Below, one piece after another: positions 23,091-38,542 of a DNA stretch of 64,000 bases. The DNA lies in assembly GCF_009914755.1 (NCBI RefSeq), contig NC_060932.1; one strand, written 5' to 3'. Under the pieces are notes generated by a model, which searched no databases, was not told where the DNA came from, and was given only the letters and a program-made list of their open reading frames with translations. Numbering within the stretch: the first letter of the stretch is position 1; each line of letters opens with the position of its first letter. The translations under genes were made by a program, and so were the position numbers. This stretch comes from the human T2T-CHM13v2.0 reference genome, Homo sapiens.

Positions 23091-25760
23091 GTAAGTATAT
23101 TTGTATAATTTTAGTAGTTTTGATAAAGATTAAGCTTGCAACTAGATATGGTTTATTACGTCTTTGTGATTGGTCATACTAAATAAAATGTTATAAATCA
23201 GAAAAAAAGTGTTCTTTATTCAATGGTTCTTTATTCTGTGGTTCACAGACTACTTTCATACTGCTTATGCCTTTAGGTTTTCTCTGCACCTTACACTTGG
23301 CAGGGCCTGAATGAAGATTTAGAGCTTGATTGATTGATTGTGCTGAAAAGCACTAATTTTCAGGTGGCTCCAAAGCATTTCAGTTCTTTCAGTTGGCTTG
23401 GTTCAAGCTCTTTGAATTATTATTGTTTATGTTTCTACAATCTCCGGTAAAGGACACCTTAATCATGCATTTTATTCCTCTGAAATTCCAAGGGATGCCT
23501 CTGTGAAATCATCTGCCCTAAGCCAGGATACATACACGGCTCTCCTCCCAGTCACAAGGACCATCTATAAATATGGTAATAACGAATTCCCCTAAGGATT
23601 GCTATGAGTGCCCTCATGTTTCATGATATGGTAAATGGTTTGAACAGTCACTACTTTACCAAAAAAAGAACTAGTTTCTGGAGCATGACCGTTTCATTCT
23701 CAGTGAGAGAGCCTGACTCCAACAAGACCGAGGTCTGTTGTGTACACACATTACTACAGAACTGTGGATGGGGAAGCAAAACTGCAGTTACTCTTCACCA
23801 GAGAATGCAAATTCCTAGCTCTAATGGTAGCTGTCATCCTCACATTTGAAGCCGTCTGAAGTAGATTAAGTGGCCACATTTAAAATAATGGCTTCAAATT
23901 TATTTTTAAAACGCTGCCTACTCACAGAAGAGCTGCTCTGTTGAAATTTAATAGTATTCCTTCTTGGGTTTTCTTCCATTTCGCTTACCCGTATCTTCCC
24001 TGACACATTGCACCGCATGACACTAACATAAATAGGAATGCACGTCTGCAGCGTTATTTCAGAACAGGTGGGCCTATTCTCCACTGTGGTGGAGTGCATA
24101 GTAGATCAGGTGGTATAATTGAAGACACTTTAACAAAAGCCCTCATCCACACTGTCTTGCCTCTCTGGAGGTCAGACATTTCTATCATTACAGTAGGATT
24201 CTTTTGGCATTTGGGGATTGCTTTGAACTCCAGACTCTGCTTTTAAAACTACCCATAACCTCAAGAAGCATTGCATTATCAGGTCACACCGGAATACTCT
24301 GCATTTTGCCCCGCCCGCCATCTCATGCATGTTCTTGCTCATTCTGTCTGCTTTGCCAGACTGCCCTGCTCTATGCTGGGACAGAAAAACCCCTTGCACC
24401 TATCCAGAGCTACCTCAAAGGGAACCTCCTCTGCAAAGATTCTTCCAACTTGCCCTAGAACCAATCACTAATTTTTTCACCCAAACACTTAGGGCTATTA
24501 CGCCCATGACAATATCACACTAGATTATGTATGACAGGACAGGATAAGATAACAGGATGTAGGTATGACATCCACACTCCCTAGTGGTTTCCTGAAAGTT
24601 CCAATCTTGGGCACCCCCTCACTCCTGGGCTTGCGTCTTGATACTCTGAATGCATCCATGCATGAGACATCCACCACTTCAAACACCAGCCTTTGACTTC
24701 TCCATCTGAAAAAAACACTGCTTGCTCTTCACACCTGAGATAAAGTGTTTTGTCCTCCTGAATTCTTTCCCTCCCACCTCCTGCTCCCCTCTCCCAAGCC
24801 TGATTTAAGTTCTGTCCATCAGAGGCCCCCTCCCTATAACTCCCTATAATTGACAGCAATTATTCTTCCCATTTCTCCCATGGAGTGAGAGTCCACCTAG
24901 TGCAACCTCGATAAATATTTATCCAATGACAAAAATAAATCAATCCACGAATTGGTGACTTTGGCACCAGAGGAAAGAAATTTCAAATTCTTCGTAAGTT
25001 ATGTAAATTATATGAGATTCTCTCACCTCACCTATGGACCAAACGAAATCTAGCCTTCTAGGTTTTTGTGAAAAATAAGCATAACTTGTGCACAAACCAT
25101 TGTGGGCCTAGGTTCAGCTCCTATTTGTTAGTCTCCTTCCTACTTCAAACAATTATTTGATCCGCAAAGCTGTTGTTCAAACATGATGGAGCTCAAACAC
25201 CAGCGGCCTAAGAACACCACGGAGAGCACAGGGGACATTCCTGGGTAGGAAATGGATGCAAAGCAGCAGGAAGAGAGTGATTACATCCTTCATCCCGTGG
25301 AACAGCAGCTTTCGTTGCACCTACTCTTCTCCAGGAGGAACATCGTCTCTCCTTATGCAAACAGGAATCACCGCCATTATAACCTGCTTTTCTTTTATTG
25401 TACTTAGTAAGTGATGTATAAATGATCTCATGAATGCTTCGTTGTATTTTGGCAAAAAAAAAAAAAAAAAGATGTCTTTCATCTTATGGAAAGTGTTTGG
25501 CTATGTAAACACAGTTACTGGCACAGTGTGGTAGTAACACTAAATGTTACCTAAACGTGGTAACAACAGTCTTATGCCTAGAAAGCTTCAAATGAAAATG
25601 CAACCCTAACAACCCATGGGTGCATTTATTTATGTCTCTTAGGATGCTCCAAGATGAAGGTGGCATTAGCAGATGGTGCTTATTTGGTGGTGACTTTTTA
25701 TCCATCTTAGGGACCAGAATTTGAGCAGATAAGTTACTTGGTATGGACAGAGCATGAGCG

Positions 25761-26846
<1,086 letters not shown>

Positions 26847-28087
26847 AGAGTGAGTAAAAACTTTGCCCAATTAAAAAAAAGTAATTAAACAAGCAAACTT
26901 CTTACATCAGTTGCATCTGATAACTTCAGCTATAGATTTCGGCTCCAGCAACAACGACAGTGAGCAGGCATGAAGTGTCTCTGGGCCAGTAAGAAGGAGA
27001 GTGTTCTCGATCCCAGTTCAGGAGGATCGATTAATTACACAAACATCAACATTACAGTGGGAGGGCGTGCCTAGGGACATTCACTTACAGAACTATCTCC
27101 TTAAAGACAGTATCCTACGAATCCTGTACAAGTCCCATTTGCCACATGGAATCTCTTTTCTCACCCCCGTTGCCATTTCGTGTGGGTAACTCCTCATCTA
27201 TTCATTCCAAGATCCTTTCCTGATACCTCGGTCTGATTTGCATCCTGAAGACCTTGTGTTCTGCTAATCTCCCATGCATCTGTCTAGCACAGTGGTCTTC
27301 CTGTTGGGGTTCCTCGTCTGTGTGCCTCTCTTGCCTGCAAGATGGTCCGTGCAGGGCTGTGCTCCCTGTGTATGTGGTATGGGGTAAACAAACACGTATT
27401 GAATAAAATACCTTTTCCTTTGTGCCTTGCACAAAGGAAAAGGTGGTTGCTTTTCATTGGAGAGACCAGGAGAACCTTTACAAAGCATTCATTCTTGCAT
27501 TCTAATACATCCTACCCACCTAACAGAAACCCTTTTTTTTTTCTTTAATAAATGAAACCAATTTTGGCTACACTGGAAAGCAGTTGAGGCAGTTTGCTCC
27601 CACCTCACCATCTCCAAAAATGACAGCTCTAATGACATTACTAAAGTAAAAAGGGACACTTTTCACTTTTGGCCATCCTGAGACAGGACTGGAAGCCAAA
27701 GGTGCAACAGAAGTTTTAGCTGCAGCTCATCTGCACTTAGCTTTTCAATTCTCAAACTCCCTGCCTCTCCTGAATCACCATTAGGCTCCAATACAATGGG
27801 GTTGACGCCCACTCTCCAGCCACACACCCTCAAAAGATGGATTGGGGTTATTTATTTGTATTGCTTCATTTTGTTTTCATTTTGTCAGTGATACTAACTC
27901 CACTCTAGAACAAAACACACGTCACAGTTTGCCTGGTTTGTTCTTTCTCCTTCAGTGTTATTGCAACTACTCAACCATTTGTAGCACTCAAACTGCAGCA
28001 CTGACCTTAGTCTCAAAACTTTCAAACAGTTCCTCTCTATATCCCTCACTTGCATAACTGCATGCTCCCTATTACCAAAAATTCTAA

Positions 28088-28390
<303 letters not shown>

Positions 28391-28639
28391 TCTCATTTTT
28401 AACATGTAAGTCATCATGGGATTAAGAACAGTAACTCCAAAACTAAGTACAAACACAGAAAATAAAACCCTAGACTCCAATGCCAGGTTGGTGGAAATAA
28501 AAATGCCTGATCACAACCACAGCGCCACAGGCTATTGATAAGGCCTTGGGCTGACACACAGACAACTTTACATTGCTTGCTGAGGACCTGGGGAAGTTCA
28601 CTCCACCAAAAGACCCTTTCCAGTAGCAATTGCCAGCTT

Positions 28640-28830
28640 GGTATCAGAGGCCAGACTATTGAATTCAGATGCTGACTTGCCACTGACTAGCTTTGGGATC
28701 TTTGGCAAGCCCTCTAATCCCTCTGTGCTACAATTTTCTCATCTGTAAAATACAGATCAGTGAATTAATGCTTGGTAGGCACCTACCATCATTTTGGCAC
28801 CTAGTAAATGCTCAATAAATGTTCACCGCC
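28640..28830 (+). mobile_element. MIR SINE
   Basis: ttttctcatctgtaaaat core; tagtaaatgctcaataaatgtt. Confidence 0.75.
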
Positions 28831-28902
28831 ACTTCTACTTTTGCTGCTATTGGAATGCTTTACATTAATCCCCTGGTAAGCACCTTAATGTTAAAAATTT
28901 TT

Positions 28903-29242
<340 letters not shown>

Positions 29243-31004
29243 TTAATATATGGATGGGTAAGCTAGAATTTATGAAGAGAATGGGAGAAAATTCTAGAAA
29301 TAGTAACAATCATCAAAGCATCAAAGCAGCTGGCCAGAGAAGTGGCAGAGAAGAGCAAAGTAAGAAAAGAAAAAAAAAAAAAAAAAAAAAGATTTGGGGA
29401 ATATAAGGCCAACGGATCCATGGAAGTTGAGCCAGTTGAGCCCAAAAAGAGACTTGCCCATCAGAGATGTGTTAGACTTCAGCCCTAAGTGTGCTCCAGC
29501 CTGGTAGAGAAGCATATGATACATACTTGCATAGACTTATTAGATAATCAGCAAAACTGGTGGGAAGAGCCAGATTAGAGCAAGCATAAAAAACAAAAAG
29601 AACTAGGAAGAGAAGAATAACTCCTTAAGATACAGGGAAAAGTGCTTGGTCCAGGGAGAAGCTTGTCTGGGTTAGACACGGAAATAAGGGATATCGTCTA
29701 ACATTTATTTCTTATAAAACTTTACTTCCAATGCCAAATAAAACTGAACTCTTCCACTATGACTATGACTATTTTTGTTTATAACATGGTAAACTATTCT
29801 ATGGAAAGTGACATGGCAGGATAAACAGAGGTGTCTAGTAGACTAAGGAGCTATTGTAAAGACAGTATGAGCTAGAAGGATACTACAGGGTCAGAAAGTG
29901 CTCTAAACAATGTCTCCACCTACAAGATACAGATAATAATACCTTGCAGTGCTGGCATCATTATTAAATAATTTAAAATATGAAAGTTCTTAGGATAGCA
30001 TCTGGCACAGCAAAACCCATCTGATGTGTTAACTATGCTATCAGCAAGAGTCAGGAGTTAGCACAGTTACTGGTGACGACTGCAGTTAGGACATGACTAT
30101 CAGAGTAGAGGGTTGACTTGGAGTGGGGGAAAGATGACTTGAGCTAAGGAGGCCAAGACCCAGAAAGGCCAGCACAAGGGAGAGGCAAAGCACGCAGGTG
30201 TGAAAGTCTCTGCAGGGCGACATGCACGGGGATGGAGGAAAAAACCCTAAACCACGAGCCAGAGTCTCTCAAAAATGAAGGAAAATGACTAGAAAGGAGA
30301 GAAGAAAACACTGACGGCCAGATATCATGAACTTCAGAGGATCTAGATGGTTCAAAAGAGGGAGGAGGTAAAGTGGCTTCCAAGTTGCAATGGGTGAAGG
30401 CAGACACAGGACCTGCAGTGACTGGGTATGGGAATCAAGTCTCCAGTTGCCCACGCTCTAAGAAAGGGAGGGTCCTTGAGAGACAGGAAATGGTCAGGAA
30501 AGGGTGGGCTAGGATCTCAGAACTAGGTTGAAGATATAGGGGAGTTAGCAAATTAAGGCAGGGGCTTCTCAGGGAAGTGGGAAACGCCAAATGCGATTGA
30601 AACAGATTCAGGATGTTGCCTGATGTAGGTAAATGGGGCGTGACTTTCCAGTGGTGAATAAGGTCAGCTGGGCTGAGTAGAATGAGGGGATTAACCCCAG
30701 AGTCTCTTAGAGAAAAATGGGCAAACAGTTCAAGCTGTGGTTCTCTTTACAGATGCAGAGTTATCAAAGGGAAAAAGAACCTGCCTCAATTCTTCACAGA
30801 ATGAGAGCTGCAAAGGTAGGGATAAGTGTAAAGAATGAATGTGCCTCCAATAAGAAAATGTCTCCCTCAATTTCTTCTTTTTTTATCTTATTTAAAGAAT
30901 TCCCAGAGCCAAGCAACATATGGTACCATTTTATGTGATTTAAGGTCATTTATTTCTTACTTCTCTACTCTATATGGCTGAGTCTTGAGGATTGATTGAT
31001 TGAT

Positions 31005-31151
31005 TGGGACAGGGTCTTGCTCTGTCACTCAGGCTGGAGTGCAGTGGCACAATCAAGCTCACTGCAGCTTCAAATTCCTGGCCTCAAGCAATCCTTCCAC
31101 CTCAGTCTTCAAAGGCACTAGGATTGCGGTTGTGAACCACTACTCCCAGCC
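31005..31151 (-). mobile_element. Alu monomer (FLAM/FRAM-like) with (GATT)n tail
   Basis: Single arm, gacagggtcttgctctgtc...cccagcc. Confidence 0.8.
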
Positions 31152-31326
31152 TCAAGTATTTAGCATTTGTCTTTTTAACCAACCAATATTTACTGAGTGC
31201 CTGCTGTGTACCAAATACTATGCTGGGGATACCAGATGCATTAGCTATCTCCTGGCATTGGGGTATCCATACTCTAAAGAAGGAGATAGGAATAGCAATC
31301 AATAATTATAAATCAATGTAGAAAAG

Positions 31327-31634
31327 ACTGGCTTCTTTCAAACAGCTTAGGATTTTCACAGCTCAACCATGTTGCAAGCAGCAATACTCCTTTCCTTTTT
31401 ATGGCTAAATAATATTCCATTGCACAGATGTATTGCCTTTTATCTACCCATTCATCAGTTGATGGACAGTGGGTTATTTCCAGTCTGGGGCTTTGGGTGA
31501 TAAAATTGTTCTACAGTTGGATGTGGTGATGGTACCTAACTCTTTGAAGATGCTAAAAGCCACTGCTTCGCCAACTTTAAATGAGAAAATTGTATGGTAT
31601 GTGAATTATATCTGAATAAAACTGTTACCAAAAA
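31327..31634. mobile_element. L1MB-like 3' end with 5' inversion, inserted in an L2 remnant
   Basis: 31327-31492 antisense L1 (aatattccattg, ccattcatcagttgatggaca), then sense 3' UTR (tgtatggtatgtgaattatatctgaataaa). Confidence 0.7.
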
Positions 31635-31720
31635 TAGACAGTAATACAGTTACGCACAAGATGTCCAGAGAGCACACACAAAGAGGTGCCTGCTAGGAGC
31701 AGGTGGTGTGAAGGGGTGAA

Positions 31721-31858
31721 CCCATTTACGCCTAGCACTCCATTACTGGAACACCAAGCATGTGGGAGTTATTTATATCTTACTGCACAAGGTCATCGCC
31801 AAGGTCTGATTTTTCACATGTCTGCAATTCAAAATTTGCAACCTCTGGCATAAATGGG
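31721..31858 (+). mobile_element. MER85 (piggyBac/PGBD3-derived MITE)
   Basis: TIRs CCCATTTACGCC / GGCATAAATGGG, 138 bp, TTAA on the right and TGAA on the left, internal caaggtcatcgccaaggtctgatttttcac. Confidence 0.92.
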
Positions 31859-31890
31859 TTAAGTGAACGCTTCTTAGAAGAGGTAACCTC

Positions 31891-32181
31891 TGCTGGGGAT
31901 GGTGGATCGCACCTGTAATCCCAGCACTTTGGGAGGCGAAGGTGAGCAGATCACTTGAGGTCAGGAGTTCAAGGCCAGCCTGGCCAACATGGTAAAACCT
32001 CGTCTCTACTAAAAATACAAAAATTAGCCAGGCATGGTGGCACACACCTGTAATCCCAGCTACTCAGGAGATAAGGCAAGAGAATCGCTTGAACCTGGGA
32101 GGTGGTGATTGCAGTCAGTCGAGGTCTAACCACTGCACTCCAGCCTGGGAGACAGAGTGAGACTGTGTCTCAAAAAAAAAA
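31891..32181 (+). mobile_element. AluS
   Basis: TSD aagaggtaacctc. Confidence 0.95.
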
Positions 32182-33763
32182 GAGGTAACCTCAAACTATG
32201 TATTTAAAGTAAGCAGAAGATAGCAAGGTAGAGGAAGCACCGGCTAGGAGAGAATATTCAACACTAACATCAGAGACACAGGACTTCATGCTGCTTCCCG
32301 AGAGCAATGTTGATTTGAGTATTGCTAGAGGAACACATTGCTGCAGAAAGCGGTAAGGGAAGGGAGCAACGAGAGCCGCTGGAGGTAAATCACTCAAGTA
32401 GCTATGTGGAAGATAAATCTGGACAGAATGTGACTGGAGGCAAGGAGAACAGTTAGGAAGCTCTAAAATAATGGCAAAATCGAAGAAGCACAGAGAAGAG
32501 GAGAAAATAATAGCCAAAAAGAGAATAAAATAATTCTACGATGAAATGGAATCCAGAAACAGAAAACCATAGATCATGATAATTAGGAAATACAGCTTCC
32601 ATGAAAAGGGCAGTAAGTCATCCTTTTCCAAAGAACATAGATCAGCAAATCTGGAGTTACCACAAGTAGACAAGCGACAAGGTAGAGGTGTCGTTTTCAG
32701 CATCAGCATAATATACTGTGTGTCTTGCACTTTAAAGAATGCCAAAGGTCCCATTATGTTGTGTCTTATCCTCCTCCGTAATGTCGCAATAGGAGAAAAT
32801 GGCCATCGTGTCTGAATCGACTCTGATTACAGTAAAAGATCTGGCTCTACCACAGCATTTGATGATGCGAACATGGGATAAAGCATCCTCATCTGATTAC
32901 TAACATGTATCCCATTCTAGTGACACTTAGGCTGGGTTATGAAACAGCCTTTCTCTGTATCATTACTATTTCTTAGGGGAAGAAAACAGTCAAAAACAAA
33001 CAACTTAACAGTGTATTTCCCACATCACTCTGAAAACGTAGGGAAAAAGATAAGATCTTGCCCCTACACTGGGCTCAGAATTTTGATTTGAATAAAATCC
33101 AAAAAAAAGAAGCTATTAAAGTCACAAATCACTTCAAAAAAAGGAATTTATGGATAACAACCATTTCATACCTACTTTCCATTTAGTGGTGAACAATTAA
33201 AACCATTTCAGGTTTCCCCTTTTGGGCCACATCCCTCAAATGAACTCAGATGAGCCAGAATCCAAAGATGCTCTTAAGAACACAGCCCTGGCTCCCCTTT
33301 CCCTGCAAGATCATTTACCACCTGGAGAGGACCACAAGGCTTATTTGACACAAGTTATTTCGGGTCTGTCTCTGTAGTCTGCCACTTAGATCCATCGAAT
33401 GTCAGAATGAGTCAACACTCAACTAATTCCTTAATGTTCTCTATCCTGCTCAATAACTCATTTTTATATGAGTTGGATATACATATGATACATCTTCGAG
33501 ATAATCATTCTGATAATTAACATTCACCCAGTGCCCAGTGGAGTCCCTTTCCCTGTTGAATAAAGGATGCAAGGCTGTGTGGTCACAGCACACACATGGC
33601 CTGGCTCCAACATTTGGAGACTGCAGGCTGACCACCAAGCAAGGTGGCCGAACAGACCTCAGTAGCTGCCTATAAAAGATATAACTGAGTTGCCCAGCCA
33701 GGCACTAAATACTGCTCCTGTTTCTACCTGCGCTATGACTTCTGCTCTTATCAAAAGTCATTA

Positions 33764-34058
<295 letters not shown>

Positions 34059-34071
34059 GTCATTATGCCAC

Positions 34072-34245
34072 CAGACCAGGGCAAGTTCCTTATTTTGTGG
34101 AGCCTGGAGCTTATGCATTTGGGAGGGTGGCTCACCTTTAAGCAAAGAAGTTTAGGAAATCACTAATACAAAATTAAGAACAGGGCCTCTGAAAGTGCCT
34201 ATGCAAGTGAGGAACCTTGGAGCTTAAGCCTCATGAGCTTCTTCA
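34072..34245 (-). mobile_element. MER69A/Arthur1-like hAT-Tip100 remnant
   Basis: tgcaagtgaggaaccttggagcttaagcctcatgagcttc matches the recalled Arthur1 terminus in reverse. Confidence 0.6.
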
Positions 34246-35353
34246 CTACTCAGTACACATTATAATCATGAGCTCATTTGCTGCCTCCCGGTAACTACTT
34301 TGTTTATTTATATTGCTCCTTGTTCTAAGTATAATTTAAAGTGACTTTCTGAGCTACATACAATACAACAAGATAAACTTAAGCTCAAAGCGAATAAGCA
34401 AGAAAGTCTGGACTGAGAAAAACAAAGTATGAAGCCAGGAATAGAATTAACATTCAGAATGCTTTGTATTTGCTGGAGATATGGAAAAGTTTAGCGACAA
34501 ATTTTCTAGTAATCAATATAAAGTGAGAAACATGGTTAATTATATGAGTTAGGCTAATAGTTTAATAAATACAAGCACAGCTAGTGAGATATGTCTCCTC
34601 TGGGAATTCTATAAAGAAATGAGCCACAATCTCAGCAGTATCCTTGCACTGTCTACTGTGGCATGCCTCTGTGAAGGCCCCGGCATCACGGCAGGTGCCA
34701 GTCACTAAAGGTACTGAAAGGCCAGTTGCTGTGGTTCAGGTACCCTGTTCTATAGGGTCTCACTTAATTCAAAGTCAGCCCTTAGTGCTATGTGTGAACC
34801 ACGTGTACTCTGCAAAATCCCCTACAAATATCACTTCCCGCAAATGGTCTTATTTATAAAGCAGAGGAATGCTGTGAGTTTGAGGCTGTGCTCCAACACA
34901 GCTAGCTGAATGCTGCTCCAGTATATGCCTGTTTAATGACTATGTGTCACCAGAGAAAGAACTCACACCTACTTCTTAAAACTATTAATAAGTAACCCAA
35001 GAAGGTTAAGTACCTGCATCAAAGACCAAGGGAGAAATTCAGGTACAGCCAATACACAACCCAATAAATAATTTGGGGCCTTTTCTAATGTATAAAAGAA
35101 CCCAATTATACTAATTAATATTATCCTTCCATTTTTACTCATTTTGAGAGTTCACTATTGCATTATATTTTACATTATAATAGGAATTTTCAGTAACTGT
35201 GACTCACAGAAAATTAACCTGGAATAAAATATAAAGTCTTGCTTATTTGCTCTCCAAAATAATTGTGGAAAACTCAGTATCTGCCCCCATACATTTTCTA
35301 CTGGATGTGTAAAATGTGTTGACCTAAGTTTAAAGAGTTGCAAAAGAACAATA

Positions 35354-35641
35354 AGCCAGGCATAGTGGTTCATGCCTGTAATCCCAACATTTTGAGAGAT
35401 CGAGGTGGGTGGATTGCTTCAGCCCAGGAGTTGGAGACCAGCCTGGGCACCATAGCGACACCCTGTGTCTACAAAAAATACAAAATTGGCTGTGCGCGAT
35501 GGCATGCACCTGTAATCCCAGCTACTCGGGAGGCTGAGGTGGGAGGATCATCTGAACCTGGTGGGGCAGAGGTTACAGTGAGTTGTGATTGCACCACTGC
35601 ACTCCAGCATGGCGGACAGAGCGAGACCTTGTCTCAGAAAA
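35354..35641 (+). mobile_element. AluJ
   Basis: Full dimer with J-type diagnostics. Confidence 0.93.
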
Positions 35642-35687
35642 CATATATATTACTATAAATTCTGTTGTATTATAAATACTAACATTA

Positions 35688-36025
<338 letters not shown>

Positions 36026-36244
36026 TTATAAGTTTCCAATGGAACTTAAGTAAAAAAAATCAATTTGAAATATAACTTATTATTTAATGACTGGAAATTT
36101 TACATTATTTGTTCCCACTTCGAGCTTATATTTTAATATTTCCCAGAACAATTACAGTAGAATTTTTTTAGTACTTCAGTACATTTTTATGCTTCAAAGT
36201 ACTTGTTACTCACCCTTTTATGCTTCATGTACTGGGGGGGCGGG

Positions 36245-36278
36245 GTGTGTGTCTGTGTGTGTGTGTGTGTGTGTGTGT
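36245..36278. repeat. (TG)n microsatellite
   Basis: Seen directly; preceded by GGGGGGGCGGGG. Confidence 0.9.
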
Positions 36279-36409
36279 CAAAAAGACAGAGTGGGAAAAG
36301 ACAGAGAGGAATATTAACTTTTTAAACTTTCTATACCATAAGATCCTATACATTAGCTATTTCTTCTGGATTTAGTGACTATTCCAATTATTTATAATAA
36401 TTATTACAG

Positions 36410-36702
<293 letters not shown>

Positions 36703-37080
36703 TGATTATTTTAATCATTTACAATTACTTACATAAGAAGCAAAAAAGTGACATACATTTAAAAATTATGAAGCAAACAAAGCAAAGTCCAATTACAAAT
36801 GATACGGTTGTTTCAATTAGATCATGTATCCAAGAATGAATGTAACTTGTCGCTAGAACAAACCAGGCATCAGCACAAATTCTATTCCTATTTTTGTGTG
36901 GACCTATTTTTCCTTGCTTTGTGTAAGTTCTGGGAATGGGGTAAGATCCACAGAGACTCCAAGGCACGTCTTCCTGTTATAAGATGAAATTGGGAGCCGT
37001 GAAGAAGCAGTAAGCCAGATCCTCCGCAGGCGGCTTCACAGGAAAGCGAGCATATTAACACCGAAGATGTGAAAAGTCTC

Positions 37081-38175
37081 TGTCCCTGTTAACTACTGCT
37101 GCACAACAAACTCAACAAATGAGTGTGCTCCTGGCTTTGCATGGGGACTCTGCTTAGCAGGACAGTTCCTGTTGGTCTTATCTGTGGTCATTCCCACCAA
37201 GCAGTCAGCTATGGCTCAGCTGAGACTGGGGGACTCTCAACGGCCTCGTTGGGAGGCCTGGTGTTAGTGGGATGTCAGACGAGGCACCTCTGAGGTAGGA
37301 GGTGGGACTCAACTCCAGAGGCAGGGCTCAGACACCAAGCCAAATTGAGGACTAGGTAAAACAAGTACAGGGCAGAAGAAACTTTCTGTAAGGCACACCC
37401 ACCAGTGTGCCATGTCAGTTTACCATTGCCATGGCAACACCCAGGTGTTACCGCCCTTTTCTATGGCAATGACCCAACCACCCAAAAGTTACTACTCCTT
37501 CCCTAGAAATTGCATTAACTGCCCCTTAATCTGCATGCTATTAAAAGTGGGTATAAATATGACTGCAGAACTGCCCTGAGCTGCCGCTCTCCACCGATGG
37601 GGTGGTCCTCCTCTGCAGGAGCTGTAACAATGCTGCTTCAGTAAAGTTGTTGCCTTCTACCTCCAGTTTGCCCTTGAATTCTTTTCTGGGCAAAGACAGG
37701 AACCCTCATGAGCTAAGCCCCACTTTGGGGCTCACCTGACATGCATCACTTCAACTCTCCTCTTTTCCAGCAAGACAGTCCAGACTTCTTTATGTGGTCA
37801 TTGGGTTTCAAGAGGGCCAGTCTCACTTTGCAAATATTCATCAATCCTGTTTTTGGCACATTTACTGATGTCTCAGTGAACAAGGTCAATGACATGGCCC
37901 AATTGAAACTCAGTGTTGGTGGGCACTCCCAAGAGTGTGGCCCCTAGAAGTAGGACTATGACAATCTCCCACAGTCCATCTTCAGGCCCCCGTGGAATGT
38001 CTCCCCCACATGTAAAACAATCCCTCCAGCATCTAGGACTCCCAATTCCCATCTAAACAAGGCGTCAGGCTTGAAGTCCATAATCTCATAATCTGCATCA
38101 GGGACAACTCTTCTTGATCTGAAATCTGTGACAAAAAAAGGCAGTTGCTCCTGTCACACACCCAAATGACACAGC
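37081..38175 (-). mobile_element. Old MLT1 LTR plus adjoining MaLR internal sequence, split by a MER66-like LTR
   Basis: gttaactactgctgcacaacaaac start; ccagcaagacagtccagacttctttatgtgg; internal-type ctcttcttgatctgaaatctgtga. Confidence 0.55.
37291..37748 (+). mobile_element. MER66-like ERV1 solo LTR
   Basis: TGAGGTAGGAGG start, TGCATCA end, TSD cctc/cttc, TATAAA at 37552, AGTAAA near 37640. Confidence 0.75.
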
Positions 38176-38377
38176 TCCACCTTGTAGCAACGTGCCCCTA
38201 TCCTCTGGATCCAACAGGCAGCATGGGGCTGTCTTTCGCTTCCACATAGGAGGATATATCCTTTCTCCCAGGCAGTCAAAACACTTTTTGTTTTGTTTTG
38301 TTTTCACTTTCCTGATGAGAGAGGATTGCTCTCAACAACTCTTTCAACTTCTTCTCCTTTTCGTTTTTTGGGTTTTC

Positions 38378-38542
38378 TTTGTTTGTTTGTTTTAGAGACA
38401 GTGTCTCACTTTGTCACCCAGGCTGGAGTACAGTGGTGCAATCATAGCTCACCGTAGTCTGAAACTCCTGGGCTCAAGCAATCCTCCCATCTCAGCCTCC
38501 TGAGTAGCTGGGACCACAGACATGTACCACCATACCCAGCTA
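38378..38542 (-). mobile_element. AluJ right arm / FRAM
   Basis: Single arm with catagctcac and ctcctgggctcaagc. Confidence 0.85.

Noticed and set aside
32733-32896. Minus-strand open frame (…DTMAIFSYCDITEEDKTQHNGTFGIL) with a few CpGs
   Set aside because: Only about 54 codons, no convincing splice-site pair and no recognisable family
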